64,000 bases of DNA, taken from assembly GCF_009834535.1 (NCBI RefSeq), contig NC_045696.1, forward strand, positions 44,332,001 to 44,396,000. The letters run 5' to 3'. The notes under the pieces were generated by a model that made no database searches, was not told where the DNA came from, and saw only the letters and a program-made list of their open reading frames with translations. Within the stretch, counting starts at the first letter, position 1, and every line of letters starts with the position of its first letter. This DNA is from Camelus ferus. Its lineage: Eukaryota. Of the stretch, positions 37,513 to 50,694 are shown piece after piece. The position numbers were made by a program, and so were the translations under genes.

Positions 37513-39261
37513 ACCACCCCTTTCTTCACATGGCTTACATTTATAGTTTTCACCTTTATTTTAAAATGCCTAAATTTTATTGAAAGACAACACAAATGCC
37601 TTATGGATTGTGAAAGTTTATAACTTATAAATAAGAAAACTTACTAAAAGCATAGCAATAATTGTCAGTGTATCAGCATTAGCTTTATCAAATAAACTTA
37701 ATTGATATCTTGGGTAGAATTTATAGCCTATTATAATCATCCTGTTACAAAGCGTTCAGTGTTATTTTTATTTTAAGTTATTCTCAAAATTAAAATTACT
37801 GTAGAAATTTAATTCATTGATTAGCTTATTTGAGAGCCAATTGTTAGTATACTATATTAGCAACAGCATCATGCTTGCTCATTTAATCCCTAAATGTGAA
37901 GCTTGAATATATTCCTTTGTTTGTATCCTCCATTAATTCAGAGTTTCTATAATGTATCTATATCTCTCAGGAAGACAGGTTCTTTTTCAATTACACAAGT
38001 GCTGCTTTACTTTATATAATGATGGGTTTCTGAAACTTCAGGTATGAACCAGCCTTTTAAGATTCACTTATATTACATAAATTTTGTATTTTTAAAGCAT
38101 TAACTGGAAGTACCTGTGTGTGTGAATTGAATCATCATTTTATAAGGTTTCTTAATTTACTGGTTTGTAATGAAGTTCAGGAATTTTCAATTATATCAGT
38201 GCTTTTAATTTACATTAGGTTATTATTATTACTATCTTTGTTACATTTGTTTCAAGCCTAAAATATTCATTGTCCTGATTGTTTAATTCTAAGAAGCCCT
38301 AATAGATGGTCTGTGTTTCATGATTATCTCTAGAAGTTCAGGAGTAAACTTGAGAAGTTGGAATTAAGATTGACCTTAAATAGTAACATCTAGCTGAGCA
38401 TGTCAGAACAAGCAATTTGGGATTCATTAGGCTGGGTGATGTTGGAAGAAAAAAAGATGGATAAAGAGAATTGGTTATTTATTGGAGAACTAAAATGTAG
38501 CTTTAGAGTTTGAAAAGAGATTGGAAAGAGGAATCTGAGATGTTTTGCCATATGCTGCTGTTGGCTGGCATCAGTCTCAACAGGCTAAGAAAAAAATTTT
38601 GTGAGAGTTCAGGAAGTAGGCTATAAAATCGTTCCTTGAATGTATACCAGAATCATAACATCATAGGCTATTAAAGTTGGAAGGAATTTTTGAGAATGTT
38701 TAATACACTTCCATATTTAATACTAAAAATGATAGACATGGAAATGTAGTGATTTCCCCAGGGATAAGTATACTTGTAGTAGAGTTTGAACAGCAATTTC
38801 ACCTAACTTTTTCCAAATATTAACAGTCTCTCTTTTATACTCAAAGCAGAAAGCTTTAGTCCAACTCCTATTTCACATCCCACTGTTTCCATGATATACT
38901 ACTAGCTGTTACTAAGCATCTCAGAAAGAATGTCAAAATGATACCTGTAAAGAAGTCTGTGCTCACCATTTCCAAGAAATAAAAACAATTTCAAGACAGA
39001 GCTCACATAACAGAGGTTGGCTAGAACTTTTGCCAATTTTGAACTATCATTTTCTCTTAGAGTTATTTTTCCTCATATATTATTTTCAATTTATATGTTT
39101 TTTTCAAACATATTTTGTATCCAATCTTCTGAGACAATTTTCCTAGTTTCTTTTTCCTTTACTAGGCATGAATGATGTTTTATAATGGCTTACTTTCTCA
39201 TAGGCAAGTTGTTTATATTTGTACAATTATAATTTGTCAGTGGGAGAACACATCAACTAGA

Positions 39262-39425
39262 CCTTTGCTACCAAAGTGTGTTCCATAGATCAGCAGCATT
39301 GACATCTTCTGAAAACTTGTTAGAAATGCAGGGTTCTCAGGCCCTGTCTGACCTCCTAACAGAATCTGCATTTTAACAACATCCCTCGGTAACTCCCATG
39401 CACATCAATGCCAGAAAATCACTGA
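39262..39425 (+). mobile_element. MER5A hAT-Charlie MITE
   Basis: 'caaagtgtg..ccatagatcagcagcattgacatc...cttgttagaaatgcag...agaatctgcattttaacaacatccc'. Confidence 0.85.
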
Positions 39426-41184
39426 ACTAGATCAATAATTTATATAGAAATCAACAGAAAACTACTTTAAATACCCACTGTAAGACTCTCTTTTGTTGCT
39501 AATTTTTGGTAAAAAATAATAATAACAATAAATTTAAAAGGTTGGCTAAACTTGCGATATCAGATACAAATGGATTAGACTCTTACCAAATTAATGTAAG
39601 TACTTCTGTTATTAATTTAGGCAAAACAAAACCCTAGTCTTCTCTAAAGCAGAATTATCTCTGATAATAATATAGAGTTCTTATACTTTAATACCCAAAT
39701 GTTATATACATTTCTAGAAACAGTGTTATTCAAATTACACACAAATTATTTAAATTACTAAAAGAATGAAAAATGGCAACTCCAGGATAAGATTATAGGT
39801 GAGAATTGGGAAGAAATAATGCAGAAGACTAATGTGTAATAGAAATACTTTTGAAAATTAATGATTTATGAGACAATAAATTCATATTGAGTATACTGCA
39901 GACCTGAATACTCCCCACTCCTGGAGCACATGCTTCCTCTAGTGGTTTTGTCAACACAACATAGGACATGTTGGTCAAAGAAAATAGCCATTTTGCTTCC
40001 TACTGTATTGATGTCACCTAAAATATGTATGTTTTTGATTTGATTGGGTATTTGTAAAGGGTCAAATTGGTAATTCTTTTAGCATCTTTGAGAAGGATAC
40101 AGAAGTTTAGTAAAACATGTGTTGAGATGGTCACAGCTTTGCTCTAAGAAACATCTACTTTAGGAAGTTAGCATGTTATCTGTTTACTGATTCAATAGTC
40201 TATTGTGAAAAAAAGAGTATATTTTCAAACAATTTCTATATTTGAATAGTTGCATGGCATATCTTTTAATCTAGGTAATCTGTGTGATAAACCAGTGAGA
40301 AACACTAAGGTGATTAATGAAAGTCGTCATATAATTTCTAGCCAATTGTCAATTAAGACAACGATGTGCCACTGATCTTTGCAGCAAACACAAGTGAAGA
40401 AATATCCAGCATTGCAGTAGTTTCATTGTGACTTGTAGAAAAAGGTTTATGAAGAGGAATTTCATTTTGAGGAAGAAACACTTTGCATATATCCTTATAT
40501 CAGCACATGCCACCATTGGGGAATTACAATTTAAAAGTTTTAATTTAGATGATTGTCTATTTTAGATTGCCATTGTTCCCATCTCTAGTCTGGTTCCAAA
40601 TAGAATGAAGTCTCTAAGCACACAAGTGTAATGGGAGTGTCTGCTACAACAATTATCATTATTTTCCCCTATACAACAAATGTTAGCCATAAAACAGCAG
40701 AGAAGATTATAATTCAAGTGGAGACTCAAAGAGCATGAGATAGCATCAATTTCCATGCTGCCTGTACAAACAAAGCTAAGAAAAAGGAAAAGGGAAGCTA
40801 GCTGTTTTCTTTAACAAAATGAGAGGGCTGAAATATATGTTCCATTAAGAGAAATCATTTGCCTTAATGTGTTACATAATGCCTAGCACATATTAAAACA
40901 CTCAACAAGTGTTGAGATGATGAAAAATAAGTGAATAGGTTTTGCTATTAATGATCTCAAACTTAAAAGAATAACTCTTCATATTTTCTTCTGTTTAAAT
41001 AAAAATGATAAATAATTATTTCAAATCTTTGACTAACAAAGAACTGTACCAGTCTGTTCATTATTGCTAGTATTAGATTTATTCAGAGTTCTCAATCTTC
41101 TACTAAATGCCAGGCATCATCTTTGGCTCCAAGTATGTGAAGATTAACAAGTCATATTCTCTGAAAGAAGTTCAGAGTCCAGAC

Positions 41185-41619
41185 ATGGTGCAATAAGCAC
41201 CATGCTCAGATCCTTCCTTCATGCACAAGGTGCTCATTCGCCCAGCCACTGGGAGGGTTGATGACACCCAGCTGGGTCCCTCTGAGAATTTCCCATAAGT
41301 GAAGAGATCTGTTTGATATATCATACTTCTTCCCCAGAAGCAATCTATATCCAATGACTAGTTTCTATGAGTGAATAAAATCCTGGCTCCCCTGCCTCAA
41401 GGAAAATAACTGTGAAGCAACATCCCAGGAATTCCAGAGCTTCCTGGGGATTTGGTTGAAGCCTGTATTGCAACTGATTTGCACTGTGACTCCTCCCTTT
41501 ACCTGCAAGACCCATACCTCTTATTCCCAGTGAATATTTCTCCCTAGGGTTCCTGTGATATAATTCCTGCACAAAATTTTCCATCTCAGAGTCTGTTTTG
41601 TGGAAAACAAACTAAGAGC
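41185..41619 (+). mobile_element. ERVL 5' LTR (LTR16C-like)
   Basis: 'cccagccactgggag', 'atccaatgact', 'ctcccctgcctcaa', 'cctgcacaaaattttccatctcagagtctgttt...ctaaga'. Confidence 0.8.
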
Positions 41620-43243
41620 ATTGATGCTAGGAGGCTGTTGGGACTGAGAAAATGGGATTTTGGAGCCAGCTGTAGGGCAATGAAGATGTCATCACTAGGG
41701 TAAGTGAAGCAATAAATGCCCTTCGATTGCTGTAGGAGTACAGTTGTCAGAATTTTCACAAGTGATTAACCAGGATGGGATACTGATAGAAGGAAATTTA
41801 CTGGCAAGTACAATATCTCAGGCTCTTAAGAGGAAACACAAAATATTAATTATGAAGTTAATAAGAACCTGGTGGCTCTGTTGAGTAATCTGGATATCTT
41901 GAGAAAGACTGAAAACCTTAGATTATTGAATCAACCAATGAAGGAAAAGTGTGAAAATCAAAGTACCTCTTTGACAGCATAATAAAACTCTTATCTCCTG
42001 CAACCAAAGGCTAAAAAGCTGAGGACTTACAAGAGTTGCACAGCTCTAGGGAAAGTTGAAGTCTCTGCCCCAGCAGGTATGCTATGTTTAGTTCATGGCC
42101 CTGGTGGGAAAAGAGTGGAACTCTGAAATTTGGAATTGAGGATGGTGCATTCAAAGCACTGGAGCTCTGGAATATCATGAACTCTTTTGGCTTGTACCCA
42201 TGGGAATTCAGATCCAATAAAGCTGTGGAGATAAGTAAAAGACCATTGTTCTCCCTGGTCATGATAGACAGGTAATCAAAATGGATAATGCTCAATGTAT
42301 AAAATAAAAGAAACCAGTAATAGATGAGGAGGAGGGTAAAGGCCACCACCTCCCCCAAAAGCCATAATCCCTTGACAAGTTTCTGATATTGAGCCAATTT
42401 TTGGACCCAGGATCCACTGATTGAAGGAGAAAAGTACAATTTTTAGGAGTCCAGCATTACTGTATCACAGGAAAAAAGGAAAGGACAAATTATTGCCACT
42501 TGTACCCTCTGTTGCTAAGGAAAAAGCACAATGCCTATTATGTCTATTTGGGTTCTACAGGCAGTGTATTCTAACTTGGAAATAAACTACTCCAGCCCAA
42601 TTTCTAAGTGACACAGAAGGCTGCCACTTTTGAGTGGAAACCAGAGAAAAAAAGTTCTGCAGCAGGATCAGGGTACAATGTGAGCAGTGCTGCTGCTGCA
42701 GATCCTATGGTACAGGAGTACCAGTGATGCGAAAATTGCTGTGCAGAGTTGATGGCAAACTGTAGTAGAAAACACAACCTAGACTCCTAAGGTTCTGTAT
42801 CAAAGCCATTCCATATGGAGCGGATGGTCTGCTACTGGGTCCTGATATAAAACACCTGACTGTGAGATAACAATTAACTATGTGTCCGGCACTGCCTGTC
42901 CATAGTCAGGTTCTGTCAGACATCTGAAGTCATAAGAAGTTTGACAGCAATTCACTGTATCACAGAAGTGGTACATGAGAGGTCCCAAGTAAACTGCACA
43001 AGCACATGACCTAAACCCCTATATCATCCATCTCTGTTTTATTGAAACCTCTTCCTTAACTCCCAGCCATAGTCATATGTGGGAAGAGGAGATTTTTATC
43101 ACTTGCAGATGGAGAACACACGTAGCCAAACTTGGTTCTTAAGTGGATTAACTTACTCTGTGAGTATGACCCAAAAGTATAATATACTACTGCTATACCA
43201 TAGTCTCACCAAGAGTCTGAATGAGGGAACTCCTCCCAAAGGA
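41620..43243 (+). mobile_element. ERVL internal region (ERV3-16A3-like) with decayed gag/pol
   Basis: Starts with a PBS-like 'ttgatgctaggag...atgggattttggagc'. About 42540-42820 gives decayed ERVL pol motifs (LFGF.RQ.I..L; VTQKAATFEW.PE; ADPMV.E; LG/RF..KAIP). Confidence 0.8.
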
Positions 43244-45347
43244 CAGAAATGAAAGAGAAGTTACTACTGATACCACAGAAATACAAAGAAAAATGAGAGA
43301 CTGCTATGAATAATACACACCAATAAAATGGATAACCTAGAAGAAATAAATAAATTTCTAGAAATATAAAGTCTCTCAAGATTAAGTCAGAGAGAAATAG
43401 AAAATATGAACAGATCAATTACCAGTAATTAAACTGAGTCAGTAATCAAAATACTCCCAACAAAAATCTAGGACAAGATGACTTCATAGCAGAATTCTAC
43501 CAAACATTTAAAAAAGAATTAATACATATCCTCCTCAAACTATTCCAAAAAATTGAAGAGGAAGGAATGCTTCTGAATTCACTCTATGAGGCTAGCATCA
43601 ACCTTATGCCAAAAACACCACAAAAAAAGGAAAATTACAGGTCAATATCACTGATGAGTCTAGATGCAAAAATCCTCAAAAAATATTAACAAACTTAATT
43701 CAATAATACATCATAAAGACCATACACCATGATCAAGTGGGATTTATCCCAGGGATGCAAGGATGGTTCAATATTTGCTCATTAGTCAGTGTGATTCACT
43801 ATGTTAACAAATTGAAGAATAAAAATCATATGATCATCTCAATAGATGCAGAAAAAGCTTTTCACAAAATTCAACATCCATGTGTGATAAAAGCTCTCAA
43901 CAAAATGAGTATAGAGGGAACATATTTCAATATAATAAAGGCCACACGTGACAAACCTACAGCCCACACATACTCAGAGTGAAAAGCTGAAATCACATCC
44001 TCTAAGATTAAGAACAAGTCAAAGATGACCACTGTCTCCACTGTTTTTCAATTTACATTCTAAGCCCTAGACACACCAATCAGACAAAAAAGAATAAATC
44101 AAATAAAGGGAATCTACACTGGAAAGAAAGAAGCAAAACTGTCCTTGTTTGCAGATGACATAATACTATTATGTAGAAAATCCTAAAGATGCCATCAAAA
44201 AACTATTAGTACTAATAAGTGAATTCAGTAAAGTTGTAGGATACAAAATTAATTTGCAGAAATCTGTTGCATTTCTATACACTAACAATAAAATAATCAG
44301 AAAGACAAATTAAGCAAAAAAGCCTATTTACAACTTCATCAAAAAGAATAAAATACCTAGGAATAAATCTAACCAAAGAGGTAAAGAATTGTACTTGGAA
44401 AACTGTAAGACACTGATGAGAGGGCAGAGGACTTGAATAGACAATTTTTCCAAAGAAGACATAGAGATAGCCAACAGACATGAAAAGACGCTCAACATCA
44501 TTAATCATGAGGATAATGAAAATCAAAAGCACAATGAGATGTCATCTCACTCTTGTCAGAATGGCTATTATCAAAAAGACAACAAATAACAAGTGTTGGA
44601 GAGGATGTGGAAAAATAGAAACCCTCATGCACTGTTTTTGGGAACATAAATTGGTACAGCTGCTATGAAAAATTGTATGGAGTTTCCTCAAAAAATTAAA
44701 AATAGAACTGTCATATTATCCATCAATTCTACTCCTGGCTATTTATATAAGTAAAACAAGAACACTAATTCCAAAAGATATGCACCCCCATGTTCACTGA
44801 AGCATTATTTGCAATAGTCAAGATATGGAAGCAACCTAAGTGTCCACTGATAGATGAATAAATAAAGAAGATGTGGTATATAATTAGCCATAGAAAAAGA
44901 ATTAAATCTTGTCATTTGCAATAATGTGGATGGAATAGAGAGTACTACACTAAGTAAAATAAGTCAGAGAAAGACAAATACCATATGATTTCACTTATAT
45001 GTGGTATCTAAAAAACAAACAAACACACAAACACACACACACACACACACACAAAACAGAAGCAGACTCATAGATGCAGAGAGCTGGTGGTTGCCAGATG
45101 GGAGGGGATGGTGGGATGAGTGAAACAGGTAGGAGTGATTAAGTGGTACAAATTTCCAGTTACAAAATAAAAAAGTCATAGGGATGTAATGTACAGCATT
45201 GGGAATACTGTAACAAATTTGTATGGCGACAGATAGTAACTAAACTTATGGTGATTACTTTGGTAATGCATAAAAATTAAACCACACTGTTGTACACCTG
45301 AAATTAATATAAACTTGTAAGTCAATTATACTTCTATTAAAAAAAAA
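43244..45347 (+). mobile_element. 5'-truncated L1 (L1MA9-like) with RT domain and internal deletion, inserted in the ERVL
   Basis: ORF 43737-43982 '[12 protein letters not shown]...[20 protein letters not shown]', 'LSLFADD' near 44140-44160, ORF 44480 '[35 protein letters not shown]', then 3' UTR and poly(A). Contains a (CA)n at about 45022-45052. Confidence 0.96.
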
Positions 45348-45515
45348 GAATCAACTGCAAACTCAAAATCATTTGCAGCAATGGGGCTGCTAATCCCCCC
45401 ACTAACTTTTTTTCTGTAAATTTCTCCAATAAAAGAGATCACCAGGATTCTGAAGGAGTTATTTCCATAAATTATTAAGTGAAGCAAGTGGATCCAACCA
45501 GCACAAGCACTGGCC

Positions 45516-46487
45516 TACGGTGGATGCTATAATGTAAGTACTCTCATTATGGCTGATTTAAAGCTAACAAGGTAATTGAACATAAAGTTGGGAAGAGATG
45601 TACAAAAATGATTCTCAGCCTGAAAGCCAAGTGAGTTTGCAGGTACACTCTCCAGAAAGCACATTCTGAAACAGAGTTTAGTGTGCAGGACATTTATTAG
45701 GGATTGCCCATAGGACCAACACTGGTGGGAGGTAGAAGGAGGAAGCAGGACTGAGCAAATGCAGAAGTCAAGCTGTGATGTTGACCTGCACAGCCTCAGT
45801 CAACTCCCAGGGGGACTCTGGAGCTAAAACGTCCCACTGGAGTTTTCGTGCTTAGGGCCAAAATGGATAGGGCTTTACACCCCATTGATATGTCACTGGA
45901 AGGAGCACCCTAGAATTTGGTGAAGGCAGCTCTTTGCAGCTGAGCCAGTCCCTGAAGGGACTGATCAGTGATGACTGTCTGGTGACTACATTCCAGCAGT
46001 TGGACAGAAAGTGCTTCCTCAAAGGGAGTTTGGGCAGAGCCTCTCCATGTCTACCACAGTGCACATCCTCTTTCCAGGACTGTGGTGCTCATTCCTCCAG
46101 CTGCTAAAGAGTTAGTAGCTGATGGCCGTGAGCTGAAAGTTCCTTTGAGTATTGCCCTCAGCCAAAGAAAGTCTCCTTGCTAACATTCTTGTTTCCTCCC
46201 TGAGAAAAGCCCATATCCAAAGACTGGTTGTATGAGGGAAAGGGGTTAATACAATATTCCAGTCCTCTTACCTCAAAATTGTCCAATTATCCCAGCAGCA
46301 CAGCCCCCTCCCCCTCTTTTTGTCTGAAGCCCTTGTTGTGATTAAATCACAGATTTAATCTTCCCTTTTTTCATTCCCTCTTCCTTAGTCCACCACTAAG
46401 TGTTGATCTGGAGGATACACTGCAATATACTTCCTCCAAGCAAATCTCTGTCTTATTGTTTGTTTCCCAGGCAACCTGATCTAAGAA
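45516..46487 (+). mobile_element. ERVL 3' LTR (LTR16C-like), interrupted
   Basis: LTR start-like 'tacggtggatgctataatg' follows the internal end 'gaagcaagtggatcc'. The body resumes near 46065 and ends 'caaatctctgtctt..tgtttcccaggcaacctgatctaaga'. Confidence 0.65.
45635..46058 (-). mobile_element. LTR16A-like solo LTR, antisense
   Basis: 'gagtttagtgtgcaggacatttattaggga...ggaagcaggactgagca..agaagtcaagctgtgatg...ctctggagct', ending 'ctaccaca' (TG start on the - strand). Confidence 0.8.
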
Positions 46488-46729
46488 GTGATGAAAGTCA
46501 AACAAGCAACTATAAATCTGTACAATAAAAGGTTTGACAGAAGTAAGCAGTAGCACCACTGAAGCGTAGTAGGAGCACTCAACCCAGACCTGACTGGTTA
46601 TAGAGATGCAAAGGGGAGGGGTCAGGACAACCTCCGCAGTAAGATATCTGTCTTTCATGTTGCGCAGCTAGAATGGAGCCCCTAAGCCACTGCAATGCTG
46701 ATAATATAATCATTAAGTTTTACATGCAG

Positions 46730-47237
46730 ATGTAACTGAATGTAACTCTGTAACTGAAACCGAGCTATGTTCACTTAAAAGAATAAGGAGTTATTTTTCT
46801 CATCTATCAAGAAATTTTCACATAGGTAGTAGGTAGTCCAAAGTTGGCATGACAGATCCATAACGTCACCAGCAACTCGGACTTTTCTCTGACTGAGCTC
46901 TTCCATTCCTTGTGTGGGACTGTTTTCCTCGGGCTCACAGCATAGTTGCTGAATTTATAGGCATTGTTTTCCTTTCCTCATAGGAAGAATGAGAATGATG
47001 AAATAGAAAAAGTCAAAGGGCAAATTGCAACAGGCAGAGGTCAAATGACTTTATACCCCCTTTAAAATGTTTTCCAACCACCTCTCCCCAGATATTTCTG
47101 GTTCTATCTCATTGACCAGAACAAGTTCCTTTGGCATACCTAACTGCTGTCACCTTGCTGTCTCAAATTGAGGTTCTGTTAGTTGGGAGACCAGAGGAAA
47201 TAGATAATGGGTAGGCAACTCATAAGTATCTACGACA
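46730..47237 (-). mobile_element. MaLR LTR (MLT1J/K-like)
   Basis: 'tctcattgaccagaac', 'aaattgaggttctgttagt', 'gataatgggtaggcaac...tctacgaca'. Confidence 0.75.
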
Positions 47238-50200
47238 GAAGATTACCCTAAAAGCAAAGCCAAAATAAACAAGAATATTTATCAGTGTTTTTATATGGCT
47301 TAGTAAGTTTGAAACTTGTCAGTGTTATAGTGCCTATTTATGTAATTTAATAACAACCAGTTTCCAAATAACATAATACATATTGCAGTATTTAGGGGAC
47401 TCACTAAAATAGGGAGGGGATGGTTAGCATGTTTAATGCTGAATCATTTCTATATGAAAAGTAAAAAAGCTTATGTTGACCGTGTAGAAGCAGTTTTTCC
47501 TTTCCAGTATCATATTGGTTTAAATTGCCAAAAGTAAGTATCAGGAAAGAATCCAACTTACTGCAACTACTGTTTAAGCAAAACTTTCCATTGAACCCAC
47601 AAACCTAATTCAAGGAGCACTTTATTCACACTGTGACTTACATATACAGAATCTCAAAATAATGCATAAAGTTAAATAATACAATTACACAGTTAAACGA
47701 CCACAAAGGGAGAAGAAAATTAAGAGAGCTCTAGGCAAGACAGAGGAGACTTTCAAGAACTATATGAAAAAAAAAAGAGAAGAGATAGTGTCAACGATGC
47801 AGAGAAATGCAAGAAGCTTCTTCCAGATGCCAAGAGCAATAAAGGAAAAGGCTTTTGATCCCATCCGTGGGAAAGCACCACGGAAAGAAGGGAGAACTAA
47901 CGTCAGAGAACTGAGGGAATGGGATGCAATGGAGACAAATATTTCTTGAAATACATTTCCTGGCTACAAGCAGATGTAAAATTTTAAAGGACGTTGGGTA
48001 TACAAAAATTCTGAGATACAAAAAGCATTTGATAGTATACGTATATGGCTCCAAAGTTCCTGCCATGTAACTAGACACAGTTCTCAAAGCAGGAAATATA
48101 AGAACATATGTATTTCCTAGTCATAACTAGACCAGCAGTATTGAATTAAATGAGCCCTTTCCCTCCACCCAATTGTCCTTATACAAAGTGTTTGATGCGT
48201 TAGAAATAAATCTGTTACCTAAACCTTCTTCTAAATGCAGTCCACACCTCAAAGACCATCCTTGCTACAGGGAAAAATGCAGGAAATGTGGTTTGTTGGT
48301 TTGATGAGGCTCTTTATTCAGAATCCCCACCGCCCATACCGATTTTGTCAACATTTATACTTTCTTTATGTGGAACACTTGTCCACAGCCTCTTCTTAAG
48401 TCCCAGTTACGCCCTTTTGAATGGGATTCTGAGGTGTAATGAACACAGTACTAGATTTGGAGATAAAAGAATGGATTGGGTAATTTTGCTTAGCTTTTTA
48501 ATATGTATTCATCTGTGTGCCTGTTAACTTTTTGAGCTTCATTGTTCCCATCTATGAGAGAGGATAACTATGCAAGGGCCACTGAGATAGAAACAGGTTA
48601 AATGAATTTTATGACAAAGAGAAGAAACAAATGAGATCTATTCAAACAGAATGAAAAATGGAGTTAGCTAAGACAAAAAGATAGCCGAAGTTTACTCCAA
48701 TATTGTCAAAAGAATTATATAAGATATGAGTGCTTTGTGAATTTTACATACATCTAAACTAATAAGCTCAGGAAAGTCAGTTCTAGTGGAAGTAGAATTG
48801 ATTACGGGGACCATCGTTTTAGATGGAAAAGTACTGTGGCTGTCTCTTCTACATTAACTAAATCATCCAGAATCCTCAGCAATTCTCTTTCATATGGGTG
48901 CCTTCTGGAAATATAATATTACATTATCCTACTGTAGCCGAGCAATAAGATGTCTTAACATACCATCTTTTTTTAGCATATATTCTTAAAGTACTGGCCT
49001 TTATACTGGGTGTCTAACCAGTGTAAAACTACAGAATGCTAATGAGAGTCAGAATTATATGTAACAGATACTGATATGAAATTTGGGTATTCAAAACCCT
49101 GTTTGGAGCACTCTATTTGTGGTGGAATGTGGATTTCATTAGTAGGCTTCTTTGTCTTCTAGTGTAGTGTTTGATGGACAGAGTTGCAACAAAAAGAGAG
49201 AGGCTAAGTTGAATTCCTTGGTATGTGTATATCAGAATGGAACAGAGCCCACAATTACGATGGAGAAGTGGGAGGAGACTTCTCCCAGCAGAGGCTAGGA
49301 TGGAGAAGACATTGGAAAAAGGGTACCGACAGTTACTTGAGAGGAGCAGTTCCAGTGACAAATGAGGTTTTCGGGACTCAGATGAGAAAGGAGAAATTAG
49401 GACATTTTGCTATGTGTCATGCAAAGCATTTCTCTATTTTTGCTCTTTTGTGTGAGACATACTTTTCCTTTCAAGCCTTTCATTTTTAATGTTTGACCTG
49501 CATTTTCTTTTATAGATGACTCTCTGCTGAGAAAGGTCATGAGACAGTGAAGGTGGGTGAACGTAGAGTTATCTATACAGAGACACTTAAATTATATTAC
49601 TAAATATACACATACACACACAAAGTTCGGCAGTCATGGAAAGTTATGATTTTGGGAAAAGAAAAGCAGACTTCTTTTTGAAACAACAACTTTGGAGGCA
49701 CCGTATATCTAAATTCCACCGAGATCTGCTGGGATCTCCAATCAGAGTTCAGCGCTGACAGGCTAGGGCAGCTATTGTGGTGTTTCTAATAAAAAAGAAG
49801 GGTTAAATGGAACAAATAATGCCTAGAGCAAAATAAATAAACCAAATCATAAAAAAAAGCCCAGCTTCTATGACAATATCATAAAACTCGCCTTTAATCT
49901 TATTTCTCCTTCTTTTGAAAGAGGGGAGTGTTCACATGGGAAATTTTCCCTTTTATGTCTCCCTGGCCCTTCATGTGAAAAAATCCTGAGGCCCCAAATG
50001 GACCATTAGCACTAAATTATAATCCACAGCTCATAATTTTAGTCACTTTCGGATGATTTCTTTCACCTCAGTTTGTTGTTCTCCTTGGCTTCCACACGAT
50101 GTTTTCCTTAAGTCACCACCCAGCAGAGCCTGCTTATTAAAAATGTTGCAGTGAGAACAAGATAGTGATGGATATAAAGAGGCAGAAGGAGTCACCATCA

Positions 50201-50694
50201 TTGAAAATGGCTTTAGTCAGTGCAGTTAAGTGAAAACATATGTTGATAAGAGTCATATTTTTCAGTAAAGCATTTTCTCGTGGCTTAATTTGTTCTACAA
50301 GCCCAACCTCTTCCTCCCACTGTTTCTGTCTAAACACAATATTACTTTCTCTCTTTAATTATCTTAATAGCAGCCCTGTAAATAAACACAATAGCTTAAT
50401 TGTACTTATTTGTGAGCTCTCTGTTTTAGTGTGGTTCTAAATGATTACCTTTTCTAATTATTTTTGTGAAGCTGCTGCTCATAAAAAGAAGATAAAAGCC
50501 AGTGGCTACAGGCACGAAGAAGGGAAGGGTGCATTAAGAAGCGCATAGAATTGCGTTGTTGGAGAGGGAGGGATGGAAAGAGCTTTAAATACCAGTTAGT
50601 CCTTCCTACCAAATCATCAATCTCATCTGAGACTGCAGCCCAGGTAAAAGACTAACCAAAACATTCATTAATTAGAAAACCTCCAAGAACTACA

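Noticed and set aside
42011..42439. 142 aa minus-strand ORF as a domesticated retroviral gene
   Set aside because: It is antisense to decayed ERVL internal sequence, and the sense frames contain many stops and frameshifts.
43737..44668. Reverse-transcriptase-like ORFs as a functional gene
   Set aside because: They are fragments of a 5'-truncated, frameshifted, internally deleted L1 ORF2.
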